16,117 nucleotides of DNA from a virus (taxonomy: Duplodnaviria; Heunggongvirae; Uroviricota; Caudoviricetes): the IMG/VR virus record IMGVR_UViG_2740892235_000017, positions 1 through 16,117 of that record. One strand, 5' to 3'. Position 1 is the stretch's first letter. Each line of letters begins with the position of its first letter. The translations under genes and the position numbers were made by a program. Below, in pieces: positions 14,761 through 16,117 of this stretch. Under the pieces are notes generated by a model, which worked only from the letters and a program-made list of their open reading frames with translations, made no database searches and was not told where the DNA came from.

Positions 14761-15009
14761 ATGGCAAGACTTATTCTTCTCACTGAGTGGGCAAAAGAGG
14801 AATTCAGTGACCCGGTCCCGACTCCGGGCACGTTAAGTAAATACGCTAAAGCCGGAATGATATTTCCTCTCCCCAAAAAAGTTGGAAGACACTGGCGAGT
14901 GGATCCTCGAGCTCGCTTTGTCGGAATGGTAAACAAGCCGGAAGTGATCGCCACAGATCACCCTGCTTTGAAGAGGATACTGGAAGATGGCGCGCCCACG
15001 AAAATATAA
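14761..15009 (+). CDS. xis: Excisionase-like protein (Xis)
   Basis: 82-aa ORF directly upstream of int, overlapping it by 23 nt. Segment GMIFPLPKKVGRHWRV resembles the lambda Xis DNA-binding region (RIFPPPVKDGREY). Confidence 0.6.
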   Translation: MARLILLTEWAKEEFSDPVPTPGTLSKYAKAGMIFPLPKKVGRHWRVDPRARFVGMVNKPEVIATDHPALKRILEDGAPTKI

Positions 15010-16117
15010 AACTGAAGTTCCGGGATTATCTCCGTATTTTGACAAAAGAAATAACAAAGTTTACTGGCGTTACAGGCATCCCATAACAGGAAAAAATCAC
15101 GGGCTCGGCAGTATTGACCAGAAACAGGCAGAAGCTATTGCAGCAGAAGCGAACAGCCGTCTTGCCAGGCAACAAATGGAACAAATGCTCACTCTGCAGG
15201 AGAAAATTATTCGTGATACCGGTGGTTCATCAACCGTTTCTGTTTTTCTGAATAGTTACCGAAAAATTCAACAGGAAAGATATGAAAACGGAGAGATCAA
15301 ACTCAACACACTGAAACAGAAAGCATCCCCTCTCAGGGTATTTGATGAACGTTTTGGTACCAGACCTTTAGATGCCATAACCGTAAAAGATGTGGTATCG
15401 GTGCTGGAAGATTACAAGGCAAAAGGACATAACAGAATGGGACAAATTTTCAGGAAAGTACTGATTGATGTTTTCCGGGAGGCCCAGCAAACGGGCGATG
15501 TCCCGCCAGGCTTTAACCCTGCAGAATCGGCAAAAAAACCACAGGTACGGATATCACGGCAACGACTGACCTTTGATGAGTGGATGATGATTTATAATGC
15601 AGCGGAAAAGGATGGTTACTTTTTACAGCGTGGTATGCTGCTGGCACTGATGACAGGCCAGCGCCTTTCAGATATTTGCAAAATGAAATTTTCGGATATC
15701 AGGGATGGTTATCTTCATGTCGAACAGCAAAAAACAGGAACCCGGATTGCCATCCCTCTGGCTCTGCGTTGCGATAAATTAAATCTCACCCTGGATGATG
15801 TGGTGTCATCCTGTCGCGATTGCGTTCTTAGTCCGTGGCTATTGCACCACCATCATGCTAAAGGGACAGCTAAGCGCGGCGGGATGGTTAAGCCAGCAAC
15901 GTTAACCGTTGCATTTAAAAAAGCCCGGGATTCTGTGGATTACAACTGGCGTGCTAATGGCACCCCACCCTCTTTCCATGAGCAGAGATCTTTATCAGAA
16001 CGATTGTTCAGAGAACAGGGAATTGATACCAAAATTTTGCTGGGCCATTCGAATCAAAAAATGACCGATATTTACAACGACGCACGCGGTAAGGAATGGA
16101 AAAAACTGGTCATTTGA
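14987..16117 (+). CDS. int: Tyrosine-type site-specific integrase
   Basis: 376-aa ORF with typical phage integrase N-terminus (MARPRKYKT...YWRYRHPITGK) and a C-terminal catalytic region (...LLGHSNQKMTDIYNDARG) containing the presumed active-site Tyr. Ends at the window edge with its stop. Confidence 0.85.
   Translation: MARPRKYKTEVPGLSPYFDKRNNKVYWRYRHPITGKNHGLGSIDQKQAEAIAAEANSRLARQQMEQMLTLQEKIIRDTGGSSTVSVFLNSYRKIQQERYENGEIKLNTLKQKASPLRVFDERFGTRPLDAITVKDVVSVLEDYKAKGHNRMGQIFRKVLIDVFREAQQTGDVPPGFNPAESAKKPQVRISRQRLTFDEWMMIYNAAEKDGYFLQRGMLLALMTGQRLSDICKMKFSDIRDGYLHVEQQKTGTRIAIPLALRCDKLNLTLDDVVSSCRDCVLSPWLLHHHHAKGTAKRGGMVKPATLTVAFKKARDSVDYNWRANGTPPSFHEQRSLSERLFREQGIDTKILLGHSNQKMTDIYNDARGKEWKKLVI

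Noticed and set aside
14745-15057. Minus-strand ORFs 14745..14954 and 14833..15057 over xis/int
   Set aside because: Antisense to the xis-int overlap region, which has strong positional support on the plus strand.
15900-16117. Phage attachment site (attP/attL)
   Set aside because: The window ends at the int stop codon; any att site would lie beyond it and cannot be assessed.

Overview
This window reads as a lambdoid prophage segment of the E. coli Qin/Rac type, running from the late-regulatory end (left) to the integrase (right edge). Minus strand, right to left, carries the pR-type operon: Cro-like, YdaT-like, O-like initiator with internal iterons, P-like helicase loader, nin-type genes, RusA, a Q-like protein, then an AT-rich membrane-protein cargo gene. 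Plus strand carries the pL-type operon: CI-like repressor co-oriented with a ParE-family toxin-antitoxin pair, a YdfA-like ORF, a DicF-like sRNA, DicB, YdfD, a large exonuclease-domain protein, Xis and Int. Three toxin-antitoxin modules of different types sit within about 6 kb. The most interesting signals are four matching 15-bp operator candidates arranged as two pairs with identical 25-bp spacing on either side of the repressor-TA operon, a HigB-2-like toxin broken by a single-G frameshift beside an intact partner, and an assembly gap flanked by a 198-bp near-identical duplication. All calls are from reading the sequence and recalled family knowledge; no searches were run.
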